The notes beneath the pieces were generated by a model that was not told the DNA's origin, searched no databases, and was given only the letters and a program-made list of their open reading frames with translations. Positions 1 through 10,088 of a stretch of DNA of 64,000 bases are shown here, piece after piece. How positions within the stretch are numbered: the first letter of the stretch is position 1; each line of letters begins with the position of its first letter. Source of the stretch: a virus; the IMG/VR virus record IMGVR_UViG_3300035228_001133, positions 14,402-78,401 of that record. One strand, written 5' to 3'. A program made the translations under genes and the position numbers.

Positions 1-2
1 TC

Positions 3-1502
3 AATATTGATAGTGACATTTATCTGCAAGAAAGACAGAACTTTGCTCTAGTCACAGAAGATGACATAGCTCCAGATGGAAGTATTCAAAGAATCTTCTT
101 CCCAGAAGGCAGACCCATTAAGAGTTACATTCTGAATAAGACTAATAAGGTCCTATTGATAGATGATATCTCTTCTGGTTTTAATGGAGACCATGATAGA
201 ACTGGAACTTTGGTTGGTAACATTGGATTTAAACTGAAAGCTAAGGGTCAACCACTATTCAAAGCAACTTTTAATGCAGCTGATACTAAAGTCATTGATC
301 TCGTAGATAATATCATTACTATTCCTAATCATAACTTCCAAACGGGACAGGAATTAAATTATAATCTACAAGGTGGATCTCCAATTGGAATTGCTACTAC
401 ATCTCATATTGCTGGTCTAAGAGACATTGTAATGGGTGTGGAATCTGCATTGGGTGGTAGTGGTGCAATGTTTGAAAATGGATATAATAATGAAATTCCA
501 GAAAATACTCTTACTGGTGTTGGTACTGTAGTAAGCCCAATCGTTACGTTTGTTGTATATGGATTTGGAAGTCCTGATGGTGGTCTTCCTGGCATTTCTA
601 CCAGAGGAACTGGTGCTAGATTCCAAGTTAAATTTACATATGAACAAAGTACGGGACAACCACTTTCTACGAATGTTACCCTGACTCAAGGTGGTACTGG
701 ATACTTTGTTGGCGATAATGTGAGTATTGCTGGTACTCATTTGGGTGGAACGACTCCTGCAAACGACCTAACATTCCCTGTATCGCGCATTACTGGTACT
801 CAAACAGGTGTTACCACTACTTACCTTGACATACCATCCACAAGTGATTTAAGCGGTACTGGCGCACGTTTTGACGTTACTAGAGATTCCAATCTTGATG
901 TTGAAAGTATTGTTGTTGTTAGTGGCGGTAGTGGGTATGTAAGTACGGAAACAATTTCTATTGCTGGAACTTATATCGGTGGCAGTGGTTCTGGTGATGA
1001 TCTTCTTTGCACACCAGTAGAACTAGGGGGAACAGCTATTCCAGAAAAAGTCTTTGTTCAGAAAATTGATGATGTTACATTTAAGATTAGTGGACTATCT
1101 ACATCATTACCATTGAATTTTGTTGGGTATGGAACTGGAACCCACAAATTTAGTATTGCTGATCCATCTACGAATGCACTAATCTCAATCGATAATATTA
1201 TCCAGAGTCCTCTTAGAAATAAAAAACTTGAGATTGGTATTGGATCTCCAATTGGAATATATGATCAAAGTATTGTCGTTACTACTGGAATTGCGTCTTT
1301 GGCACCAAATGATGTGATTAAGTTTGGTGATGAATTTATGAAGGTTAGACAGATTGGTGACGGAACATTTGTCTCGGGTCGAAGAGTGGAAATTGAAAAT
1401 ACTGTGGATAATTCTTTTTACTATGATGTAAATAGAATGAACTCCACTATTACTAGTTTGGATGAGACTATTGTAACCCATGATGATAGACCTCCGTATT
1501 AA
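3..1502 (+). CDS. gp7: C-terminal part of a large baseplate wedge protein (gp7-like); 5' end lies outside the window
   Basis: Frame is open from position 3, upstream of the ORF-track start at 156. Contains NKVLLIDDISSGFNG, IDNIIQSP and GGxGY repeats typical of cyanophage baseplate proteins, and lies upstream of the gp9-like and gp8 genes. Confidence 0.6.
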   Translation, partial: NIDSDIYLQERQNFALVTEDDIAPDGSIQRIFFPEGRPIKSYILNKTNKVLLIDDISSGFNGDHDRTGTLVGNIGFKLKAKGQPLFKATFNAADTKVIDLVDNIITIPNHNFQTGQELNYNLQGGSPIGIATTSHIAGLRDIVMGVESALGGSGAMFENGYNNEIPENTLTGVGTVVSPIVTFVVYGFGSPDGGLPGISTRGTGARFQVKFTYEQSTGQPLSTNVTLTQGGTGYFVGDNVSIAGTHLGGTTPANDLTFPVSRITGTQTGVTTTYLDIPSTSDLSGTGARFDVTRDSNLDVESIVVVSGGSGYVSTETISIAGTYIGGSGSGDDLLCTPVELGGTAIPEKVFVQKIDDVTFKISGLSTSLPLNFVGYGTGTHKFSIADPSTNALISIDNIIQSPLRNKKLEIGIGSPIGIYDQSIVVTTGIASLAPNDVIKFGDEFMKVRQIGDGTFVSGRRVEIENTVDNSFYYDVNRMNSTITSLDETIVTHDDRPPY

Positions 1503-1503
1503 C

Positions 1504-1511
1504 TATAAATA
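1504..1511 (+). promoter_or_regulatory. T4-type late promoter TATAAATA
   Basis: Exact consensus 20 bp upstream of the ATG at 1532. Confidence 0.85.
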
Positions 1512-1531
1512 ACTGAAAAACTACTTGAGTA

Positions 1532-2560
1532 ATGGCAAAGCAAGGCATTAATACTGGTACTGCCCCTAATGATGGCACTGGAGATACCCTGCTGGCAGGA
1601 ACTCTAAAGATTAACGGCAACTTTGATGACATTTACGATGTCTTCGGAGATGGAACTAATCTCATTAGTTTTGTATCTTATGCTACTACTGCAGGGTATT
1701 CTACCAATGCGGGTATCGCATCAACATCTGTATACGCTGAGAATGCAAGATATGTATCTAATGATATTAATATCAACACATCTGGTATTCTTACCACTTC
1801 ATATGCTGATATCGGTAAGATTACTATTCAACAACCAGGAGCAATTACTGACGGTCCCATAGAAGTTGGTTTTGCAGCTACGATGTTCAGAATACGATCT
1901 GACGGCATGGTTGGCATTGGAACGTCTATTCCAACGTCTCAACTTCAAGTTGCATCATTCTCAGATTCTAGACCTGCATTGTGGGCTATTGCAAAATCAA
2001 ATGGTCCTTCCTTTAGGGCTTCAGACCAAGACATTACTCCAGAAAAGACTTTTGTTGTTACAAAAGATTCCAATATAGGTATTGGTACAAATGTTCCAGC
2101 TCCTAACCAAAGACTTGATATTCGTGGGAATGTAACTGCTGAGGGAGTTATCACTCTTGATGGAACAACTAATTTTAATAGTGATATCACAGAAACAGTA
2201 GTAAATGACTTTGGTGATAATATTACAGTTTCTGCGGCAGGAACTTTAACTGTTGATCTTTCTGTAGGAACTGTAGTTGTTGGTGGAATAACAACTTCTG
2301 TTGGTACTTGGGACTTCACTAATGTTACTGCATTAAATAGTAAGGCGACTACAGCAACTCTTGTTATTAATGCTGGTGTTGGATACACTTATGGTGATTC
2401 AGTCAATATTAACGGTGGACCTATCGCTGGTGGTGTTAGATGGGTTGGCGGAAACCCTCCACCTGCTTCCAATGGAGAAGATATTTTGACATTCAGTATA
2501 ATTAGAGATTCTTCTGGATTAACAAGAGTTTATTGTAGTAGTTCCATTAATATTAGCTGA
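1532..2560 (+). CDS. Baseplate/tail-fibre connector-like virion protein with gp9/gp10-type N-terminus
   Basis: MAKQGINTGTAPNDGTGDTLLAGTLKINGNFDDIY resembles the T4 gp9/gp10 N-terminal motif (DGTGDxLRxGxxKINxNF); also has VGIGT fibre repeats. Confidence 0.7.
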   Translation: MAKQGINTGTAPNDGTGDTLLAGTLKINGNFDDIYDVFGDGTNLISFVSYATTAGYSTNAGIASTSVYAENARYVSNDININTSGILTTSYADIGKITIQQPGAITDGPIEVGFAATMFRIRSDGMVGIGTSIPTSQLQVASFSDSRPALWAIAKSNGPSFRASDQDITPEKTFVVTKDSNIGIGTNVPAPNQRLDIRGNVTAEGVITLDGTTNFNSDITETVVNDFGDNITVSAAGTLTVDLSVGTVVVGGITTSVGTWDFTNVTALNSKATTATLVINAGVGYTYGDSVNINGGPIAGGVRWVGGNPPPASNGEDILTFSIIRDSSGLTRVYCSSSINIS

Positions 2561-2568
2561 TAAAATAA

Positions 2569-5500
2569 ATGCCAAGAACCACACCTGGATCGGGAGCTAT
2601 TCTAAGACCAGTATTCAACTCCTCTTACGGTGTAGAGAGGATTGATGTAATCTCTGGTGGAAATGATTATACCAAAGCAGATCCTCCTAAACTTGTTATT
2701 GAAGGAACCGAAACTCCTATAGTAGAAGGTGTTTTTTATCCAGTTATTACTGGTGTCGGGACTATTAGCGAAGTAGTCATTTTCGACACTGGTGCTGGAT
2801 ATTATCCAGTATTTTCAACGACAACTTCATCCGAAGTTATTGTTGATAGAGGATCTTTTGGATCCATTTCTACTATTCATGGAACTGGCATATCTTCGGT
2901 ATTTGTTGGGGACTATAATATTATTGAAGATAATATCTATTTCATAGATGCTCCTTACGGTAAAAGAGGTCCAGTAGGTTTAGAAACTGGATCCACCTTT
3001 AATGGAAGATTATTCTCAAGAAAATTTGATCCATTTGAACCTGAAGATAAAAACTTAATTCTTGATGATATTTCACTGGAATTTACTGGAGTTGCTGGAA
3101 CTAATTTTAGAATAACTGAAAATCTTGGCATAGTAACTTCTCTATACAATAGTGTTAATACTGGCGTAGAGATTAATAATAATCCGTTTATTCTTATTAA
3201 TAATGTTGTTCAAACTCCAAATTTAGATTTTACATTTAATAATTCTTCAGATAATCAATTAAATTTCTTAAGTGGTGTACCTAGAGCGGGAAGACTTGAC
3301 AAAGTTGCAATTCAAACTGGTGCTGGATATTACATTCCTGTAGAAGCTGCAGCAGTTGCTGGTGTAAATTCATCTGGATCTGTTGATTATGTTCAACTTC
3401 GTGGTGGTGGACAGGGATATAGAACTCCTCCAGAAGTTCGTATTAGGGCTACAAATGGTATTGGTGCATCTGCTACGGCAATTCTCGGAACCAAAGTAGA
3501 TACTCCTGTTGGAATTACAACGGCTGTATTTGATATGTTTAGTGGTATTGGAACCTTTACCACTGCGGCTCCACATGATCTATATGATGGGGACCGAGTT
3601 GTAATTACAGGTGCTGGATTTACATTTACTCCACTATCTGCGATAAGAAATATTAATGAGTTTGGATATGATTACATTACTGGTATTGCTACACTTAGTG
3701 TTTATGGTGGACATTATATTGGTACTGGAGCCAACCAGTCTAGACATTTAGCTCTTAGGGGAATTCAGGTAACTGATGGTATTAGTACTTTCACTCTAAG
3801 AGAAGATTCGTATCCGATTATTTCTATTGTAAACAGTAACGAAGCTAAGATTAATATTGGTATTGGAACTACAGGAGTTCAATATGTAAGTGCTGGTACA
3901 GTCCAGGCTGGTGTTGACACAAATATTCTGGAAGCACGAAATGTAATCGGTTTTGACATTATTGACACACCAACAGATGATACTTTTGAGGTATTTTTAG
4001 GAATTACTACGTTCCCACATAACTATGTGACTGGTGGAGTCGTTCAGAGAGACCAGACGGGTATTGTAACAGCGATTAACCTTACCTCTGGTGGTTCTGG
4101 ATACTTTCCTGCCGCAAAGGTCGTCTACAGTGATAATACGCAGGAATCAGGAATCACTACATTTACTGCTCATGGTCAGCAGATTGGAGTTACCACAAAT
4201 GTTGGTACGGCTGAGTATGATCCTGTTGTTGGAATTTTGACCGTCAGATTTAGTGAGAATCATGGTCTTACTGATGATGATGCAGTAAAACTTGAAGGAT
4301 TGGTATTTGATACCATTAATGGACCTGTTACTTTCCCTAGAGGATTAAAGAAGTATTTTGGATTTACAGTCCCAAATAATGTTGACATTAATATTGATGC
4401 CACAGAAGAAATGTATGATCTCACAAGAAATGTGGGAGTCTATACGGGACAATTTCTTACTGGAACCATTACTCGATATAAGGGTCATGGATTAAAAACG
4501 GATGAGTTTGTTGTTGTCAGTGGAGTTGGACAAACTACATCTAGTTCAGTAGATTTACGACTTGCTGATGTTGAATATGACAATGCTAGTGGAGTAGCAA
4601 CTATCACTACAAGACGAAATCATAATTTCACAAAAAATGATTTTGTAATCCTTAGTGGAATTGCATTTACTTGTGATTACTCTCCATCACTCGGTATCAC
4701 TACAGCAGAGTATGATAATATTAGTGGTATTATGACTATTACCACCGCTGCTCCTCATGGGTATTCGGAAGGTGGTAAAGCCGGAAATGTTGTCCTTAGT
4801 GGACTTGGATTTACTTGTGATATTGATAATGGTTCTTCTATCCATTACTATCCAAGACATAGGGACGAATCATATCAAAAGTCTATTTCTATTGCCTCGA
4901 CAACGAACACAACAATTACATTAGATGTAGGTAAGTCTCCAAGAAATGAATCATATCCACACACGTTTGCATCTGCAAAAACAGGATCTGTAGTTTCTGG
5001 TGGTGACTATGCACACAGTTTTGTTGGGTCCGCTTCTAGTTCCATTATTCTTGGTGGAGAATATGATCACAACTTTGTCAGTGCAACATCTGAAGCTATT
5101 GTTGTTGGTGGTGACTATGATCATACTTTCGTAAGTTCTGGATCTACTGCACTCTGGAGAGGTGGTGGATATCCACATACATTTGTTAGTGCAGGAGCTA
5201 CTGCTGTTATCACTGGTGGTGATTACACATATACGTTTGTTCCTGATAGTAATAATGGTGGTGCTATTGCAAAATACACTTGGGCTGGACCATTCCTAAC
5301 TCCAACTGTAGTAGGGTATATTCCAGCTACGGGGATATTGACACTAGAATTTAATCAACCCCACTTCTTAACTACAAGTGATACAATTGGTATTGCAACA
5401 GGATCATTGACATTCACATGTGATATGGATGGTAATGCAACTAAACATGACTATCCTAGACGTAGGGATCCTATCCATAACAAGTCAGATGTCCCAGTTG

Positions 5501-8500
5501 CCAGTATTGTTAATGCGACTACAATTACGGTCGATGTTGGTGCTACTCCCATTGTTTATCAACAACCAACCAATGCAGTATATAATCCAGACATTGGTGA
5601 AATAATAATTACTGTTCCAAGTCATGGACATGTTAAGGGCGAGACTCTTAAGTTGACTGATAATGCGTTTACATTTACTTGTGAATTGGATAATAATCAG
5701 ACACAACATACGTATCCAAGACCTACCGACCCAGCTGGTGGTGGATATGCGTCTACTACTAATACGGTTGCAATTACAACCCACACCGATGATACATTTA
5801 CTATCCCTGTTGGGGCTTCCCCATTACAGTATTTTGCAGCTACAGGCGGTCAATACAATGCAGTTTCTGGTATTCTAACAGTTACTGCACCAAGTCATGG
5901 ATATGTTAATGGTGATTTTGCCAGATTTACTGATAACTCTTTGGTATTTACTTGTAGTTTGGACGGGAATGCAACTGAACATCCATATCCAAGACCTACC
6001 GACCCAGCATCTGGAATTGCACTTACAATTAGTAATGTAACTACAAATACATATGAAGTTAATGTAGGAACATCCACTAACTCTTATATTCAAGCTATTA
6101 GCGCAACATACAATCCCAAGACTGGTATTATGTTGGTGGGAACGGGTAATACCGCTCATGGACTAACAACCGCAACTGGTAATGTATTGATTCAGGATGG
6201 ATCGTTCGTATTTACTTGCGATCTCGATAATAATCAAACCCAACATAGTTATCCAAGGTCAACTGACCCTATATCAGGGGCATCTGCCACTATTCTCGGA
6301 TATTCTACGAATACCTTTGATATTAATGTTGGGGTATCAACACATACTTATAGATCAGCCACTAATGCAGAATATACTGCTTCCATTGGAATTCTAACAG
6401 TAACCTGTCCCAATCATGGACTTAGAGTTGATAGAGCCTTCAAATTTACTGACAATACTATGAGTTTTACTTGTGGAATGGATGACAACTCCACAGTTCA
6501 TACTTATCCAAGATCAACCGACCCTTATTCTGATACTAGAGTTGTTGTTACCGCTAAAACCGATGATACGTTTACGGTAAATGTTGGTCCAACTACAAGT
6601 TATTTCTGGGATGTTAGTGGTGCTAACTATGTTCCAGATACTGGGATTATTGAGTTGACAGTTGGTACAGGACATACGTTATTTGCTGGCAAACCTGTAC
6701 GAATCCAACCAGAGTCCTTAATCTTTACATGTACCAAGGATGGTAATTCAACAGAACATAGATATCCGCAAAAAGGAGATCCATATTGGATTTCTGCTGG
6801 TATTGCATCGGTGTTGAATTCTACAAACGTCAGAATTAATGTTGGTCCATCAACAACACCTTCGTATTATGTTGGTGGTGGAACCATTCAAGGTTCTATT
6901 GTTGCTCCTAGAGAACAAAATAACTCTACCAGTGGAATGGATTTCTCTTTCTCTGGTGCTCTTGTTCAAAAAGTTGGTGGAGCAACTACATTTAGTGTTC
7001 AAGTTGGTCCTTCTACAACACCACACAACTATAATAGAGGTGGTACAGTCTCTAGAGCACAGAGATTTGCAGATTCGTTGGACAAGGGGTATGATGGACT
7101 ATACGTTGGTGAAAGATTAACAGGAGCAACTTTCCGTTCCAATAGTGGGATTATAACCGAGAGAAATTATTATGCGGCTCCAGGAAGAGTTCATAAACCA
7201 GTTCGTTTTGAAATTACTGCACCAGATCCGTATTTTAATAGAGATTTAGTGTATGCTGAAGGATCTACTGGTATTGGAACTAATGCTGTAGTTGACTTCA
7301 GAATTAATGCTGATGGTGAAATCCAAGAATATCAAATTACTGAAGAAGGAGTTGCATTTAAAGTAGATGACATCTTAACTGTTAGTGGAATTTCTACAGA
7401 CCCAAGAGTCGGAGTACATACAGAATTTACTCTCACTGTTAATTCATTGACTAATGATAAATTCTCAGGATTTTATCCTGGACAATTTATTCTTTTTGAT
7501 GATATTAGTCAATTCTTCAATGGACTTAGAAATAAATTTACTTTATCGGTAACTACTGGCGGAAATACAGAAATACTCAGTTTGAAGACACTTCCTGGAA
7601 GTGATATGGATATCAGTAACAATATATTCATTTACATTAATGATATTCTACAAGTTCCTGGGGAATCTTATATTTTCAAAGGAAGTAGAATTATTTTTAC
7701 TGAATCTCCCAAATCTGGATCTAAATGTTCTGTATTCTATTTCCGAGGGTCTAAGAGGGACGTTGATACAGTTAATCCTCCCTTGACTGTTAAAGCAGGT
7801 GATACGGTATCTATTAAAGAAAATAAATTGAATCTATTTGATCTAGATCAATTCCCAAGACAGGCTAAGAGAATTGTTGCTTCTGATATTTTAGAAACAT
7901 TTGCATACAAGGGTGTTGGTATTGATACTGCTTCAACTGCAGAAAGACCTCTAACATGGGAAAAACAGAAAAGAGATAAGATTCTTTCTGGAACTCTAAT
8001 TTCCAAATCGAGACCAAGTTTGAAGTCTAGAACTACACCAACTACTAGAATTATTAGGAATGTTGGTGAGAGTGATAGAGAAATTTATGTAGAAAATGCT
8101 TTCCCAATTTTCGCTGGTATTGATTTAGTAACTCAGTCAGAAAGAAATGTTTTGATAATGGGTGATAGGGAGATCAGAACAGCAATTGGTACTGCTCAAG
8201 TTGCTACTTCTTCCAGTATTTCTAGTATTTCTATTGCAGATGGTGGAGTTGGATATGCTCTCACATCACCAAATGTAACTATTTCTGGTTCTTTGATTAC
8301 TAGAAAGGACCCAATTTCTGATTGGAGTTTTGAGGATATTATCACTGGATTTGGACCAGGATTGTATGATTGGAAAGAATTGGCTCATGGTGATCAAGTA
8401 ATTGCTGTTGGTTCAAGTAGTAGATATATCAATACAAAGAGTGGAACTTTCTGGGAAAGAGGAGTCCTTGGATTTGGTGGAACGATCACCATGAATACCG

Positions 8501-10047
8501 TTGCAATCGGTAAATCTACTGCATCCCCAGTAAACTATGTAAGAGCCTCTGGAGAATACTCTAAGGTTGTTAAAGGAGTCTCTGTTGGTAATACGTTTAC
8601 TGATTGGCAAGAAGTTCAATTGATTGAACAACGACAAATTCCTGCAATTCAATCTACGTTGGATTTTGCATCAGAATATGAAGGAACTTTTAATAAAATT
8701 ATCTTTGAACCAACCAGAGATGCTTGGGTTACTGTAGGAACTGGTGGATCTATTTTTACTGGTGTTGGTATTGGAACTACAACGATGTATAGTCGTTATT
8801 CCAGAACTCTAGAAGATCTAAATTCAATCACATATGGAATGGGTGAATTTATTGTTGCGGGTAATGGTGGAATGCTCCTTTCTTCAAATGAAGGTATAGT
8901 TTGGACCCCATTATCCAGTAATACTCCAAAAAATATTACAGATATTGTATTTGATGGGAATAAATTTGTTTTTGTTGGTGACGGTGGACTTATTGGTATT
9001 TCATCTGACAAAAATTTCTGGATGATTTATAGTGATCCAAACGCTACAAATCCAGCTACATTTGACTTTGATAAAATTAGGTATCAAGATGGATTCTATG
9101 TCGGAATTGATACCTCTGGAAATTTACATTACTCATTCGATTTGTCTAATTGGACTCTGCGAGAGATTGATCACTCTCAGGTACTTTCGGACTTAATTAA
9201 AACTGATTATGGTATTAATGGAAGAACTATTGCGGTTGGATCTGGATCAACTGCTTTTTATGCAGATCCTATTGTCAATAGAGCTACTGCAAAATCTTCA
9301 GTTACCAATGGTATTGTTACTAGTGTAGTTGTAGAAAATGGTGGATTTGGATATGTGGTTGGATCAAACCCACCAGTGATTATTGAAACAGACAGGGTAG
9401 TAAGTGAAAAAATTCTTTCTGTCGATGCAGTTGGTGACTTTGGTGTTATTGTTGGTGTAAATACTAATCGTCCTGGAATTGGATTTAGCACTCCACCTAC
9501 TATAGATTTTGTACTTAAATCTGATTTTTATGATAATACTAATCTTGGATATGGATATTCTTCATTAAATACATTGGGTGTAAATTATTCGCAACTATCT
9601 GCTGGAGATTATTTCGTTATCTATGATAGTCCATTGGTGGCTGGTCATGCGTTAACTGGCATTACAACTTCTATTGGTGGTTATTTAAACTTCCCACTTA
9701 ATAAGACAATGCAAATTTCTGCAGGAGAATATCTATCAGGAAGATTCTTTGTTGAAAAAGTAACCCCTGTTGATGTTGTGTCTGGACTAGTTACGGTAAC
9801 ATGTGCTTTCCAACCAAAACCATTTTCGTCTATTGACATTGAGGTTGGTCTTGATCCAAATGGACCATATTTCTTGGACAATGAATTTCATTATAAAGAT
9901 AATTATGGTAAGTATACTTGGGGTAAAATTAACAAATACCAAAATAGAGCGGGAGGAAGTCCCCAACAATTCTTTGTCAATTCGGACAACGGAGGTACTG
10001 GGTTATCAACTGCTGCTGTAGTTACGAGAATTCAACCTTTATCTTAA
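2569..10047 (+). CDS. Giant virion structural protein (2492 aa) with FTCxxD...HxYPRxxDP repeat domains and a probable beta-propeller
   Basis: Uninterrupted ORF between baseplate genes. Has GGxGY hinge motifs, seven Cys/His repeats, and Asp-box-like repeats (SSNEGIVW, SSDKNFW, SFDLSNW) at about 8320-9270. Confidence 0.8.
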   Translation: MPRTTPGSGAILRPVFNSSYGVERIDVISGGNDYTKADPPKLVIEGTETPIVEGVFYPVITGVGTISEVVIFDTGAGYYPVFSTTTSSEVIVDRGSFGSISTIHGTGISSVFVGDYNIIEDNIYFIDAPYGKRGPVGLETGSTFNGRLFSRKFDPFEPEDKNLILDDISLEFTGVAGTNFRITENLGIVTSLYNSVNTGVEINNNPFILINNVVQTPNLDFTFNNSSDNQLNFLSGVPRAGRLDKVAIQTGAGYYIPVEAAAVAGVNSSGSVDYVQLRGGGQGYRTPPEVRIRATNGIGASATAILGTKVDTPVGITTAVFDMFSGIGTFTTAAPHDLYDGDRVVITGAGFTFTPLSAIRNINEFGYDYITGIATLSVYGGHYIGTGANQSRHLALRGIQVTDGISTFTLREDSYPIISIVNSNEAKINIGIGTTGVQYVSAGTVQAGVDTNILEARNVIGFDIIDTPTDDTFEVFLGITTFPHNYVTGGVVQRDQTGIVTAINLTSGGSGYFPAAKVVYSDNTQESGITTFTAHGQQIGVTTNVGTAEYDPVVGILTVRFSENHGLTDDDAVKLEGLVFDTINGPVTFPRGLKKYFGFTVPNNVDINIDATEEMYDLTRNVGVYTGQFLTGTITRYKGHGLKTDEFVVVSGVGQTTSSSVDLRLADVEYDNASGVATITTRRNHNFTKNDFVILSGIAFTCDYSPSLGITTAEYDNISGIMTITTAAPHGYSEGGKAGNVVLSGLGFTCDIDNGSSIHYYPRHRDESYQKSISIASTTNTTITLDVGKSPRNESYPHTFASAKTGSVVSGGDYAHSFVGSASSSIILGGEYDHNFVSATSEAIVVGGDYDHTFVSSGSTALWRGGGYPHTFVSAGATAVITGGDYTYTFVPDSNNGGAIAKYTWAGPFLTPTVVGYIPATGILTLEFNQPHFLTTSDTIGIATGSLTFTCDMDGNATKHDYPRRRDPIHNKSDVPVASIVNATTITVDVGATPIVYQQPTNAVYNPDIGEIIITVPSHGHVKGETLKLTDNAFTFTCELDNNQTQHTYPRPTDPAGGGYASTTNTVAITTHTDDTFTIPVGASPLQYFAATGGQYNAVSGILTVTAPSHGYVNGDFARFTDNSLVFTCSLDGNATEHPYPRPTDPASGIALTISNVTTNTYEVNVGTSTNSYIQAISATYNPKTGIMLVGTGNTAHGLTTATGNVLIQDGSFVFTCDLDNNQTQHSYPRSTDPISGASATILGYSTNTFDINVGVSTHTYRSATNAEYTASIGILTVTCPNHGLRVDRAFKFTDNTMSFTCGMDDNSTVHTYPRSTDPYSDTRVVVTAKTDDTFTVNVGPTTSYFWDVSGANYVPDTGIIELTVGTGHTLFAGKPVRIQPESLIFTCTKDGNSTEHRYPQKGDPYWISAGIASVLNSTNVRINVGPSTTPSYYVGGGTIQGSIVAPREQNNSTSGMDFSFSGALVQKVGGATTFSVQVGPSTTPHNYNRGGTVSRAQRFADSLDKGYDGLYVGERLTGATFRSNSGIITERNYYAAPGRVHKPVRFEITAPDPYFNRDLVYAEGSTGIGTNAVVDFRINADGEIQEYQITEEGVAFKVDDILTVSGISTDPRVGVHTEFTLTVNSLTNDKFSGFYPGQFILFDDISQFFNGLRNKFTLSVTTGGNTEILSLKTLPGSDMDISNNIFIYINDILQVPGESYIFKGSRIIFTESPKSGSKCSVFYFRGSKRDVDTVNPPLTVKAGDTVSIKENKLNLFDLDQFPRQAKRIVASDILETFAYKGVGIDTASTAERPLTWEKQKRDKILSGTLISKSRPSLKSRTTPTTRIIRNVGESDREIYVENAFPIFAGIDLVTQSERNVLIMGDREIRTAIGTAQVATSSSISSISIADGGVGYALTSPNVTISGSLITRKDPISDWSFEDIITGFGPGLYDWKELAHGDQVIAVGSSSRYINTKSGTFWERGVLGFGGTITMNTVAIGKSTASPVNYVRASGEYSKVVKGVSVGNTFTDWQEVQLIEQRQIPAIQSTLDFASEYEGTFNKIIFEPTRDAWVTVGTGGSIFTGVGIGTTTMYSRYSRTLEDLNSITYGMGEFIVAGNGGMLLSSNEGIVWTPLSSNTPKNITDIVFDGNKFVFVGDGGLIGISSDKNFWMIYSDPNATNPATFDFDKIRYQDGFYVGIDTSGNLHYSFDLSNWTLREIDHSQVLSDLIKTDYGINGRTIAVGSGSTAFYADPIVNRATAKSSVTNGIVTSVVVENGGFGYVVGSNPPVIIETDRVVSEKILSVDAVGDFGVIVGVNTNRPGIGFSTPPTIDFVLKSDFYDNTNLGYGYSSLNTLGVNYSQLSAGDYFVIYDSPLVAGHALTGITTSIGGYLNFPLNKTMQISAGEYLSGRFFVEKVTPVDVVSGLVTVTCAFQPKPFSSIDIEVGLDPNGPYFLDNEFHYKDNYGKYTWGKINKYQNRAGGSPQQFFVNSDNGGTGLSTAAVVTRIQPLS
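4954..5241 (+). repeat. Six in-frame tandem 54-nt (18-aa) repeats, GG(D/E)YxHxFV
   Basis: Tyr codons at 4954, 5008, 5062, 5116, 5170 and 5224, an exact 54-nt period (YPHTF, YAHSF, YDHNF, YDHTF, YPHTF, YTYTF). Confidence 0.9.
5290..6860 (+). repeat. Six tandem ~87-aa domains, Y-x4-G...H(G)...FTCxxDxNxTxHxYPRxxDP...VG
   Basis: FTCDMD, FTCELD, FTCSLD, FTCDLD, FTCGMD and FTCTKD motifs are spaced about 255-275 nt apart. Confidence 0.9.
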
Positions 10048-10050
10048 CCA

Positions 10051-10057
10051 CTAAATA
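10051..10057 (+). promoter_or_regulatory. Late promoter variant CTAAATA
   Basis: Intergenic, about 30 bp before the gp8 start. Confidence 0.7.
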
Positions 10058-10088
10058 CTAAAAGAAAAAACTTCTAGTTTTCATCAAA

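Noticed and set aside
4954-5241. Possible CRISPR-like array
   Set aside because: Repeats are degenerate at the nucleotide level, in frame and conserved as protein; there is no repeat-spacer structure.
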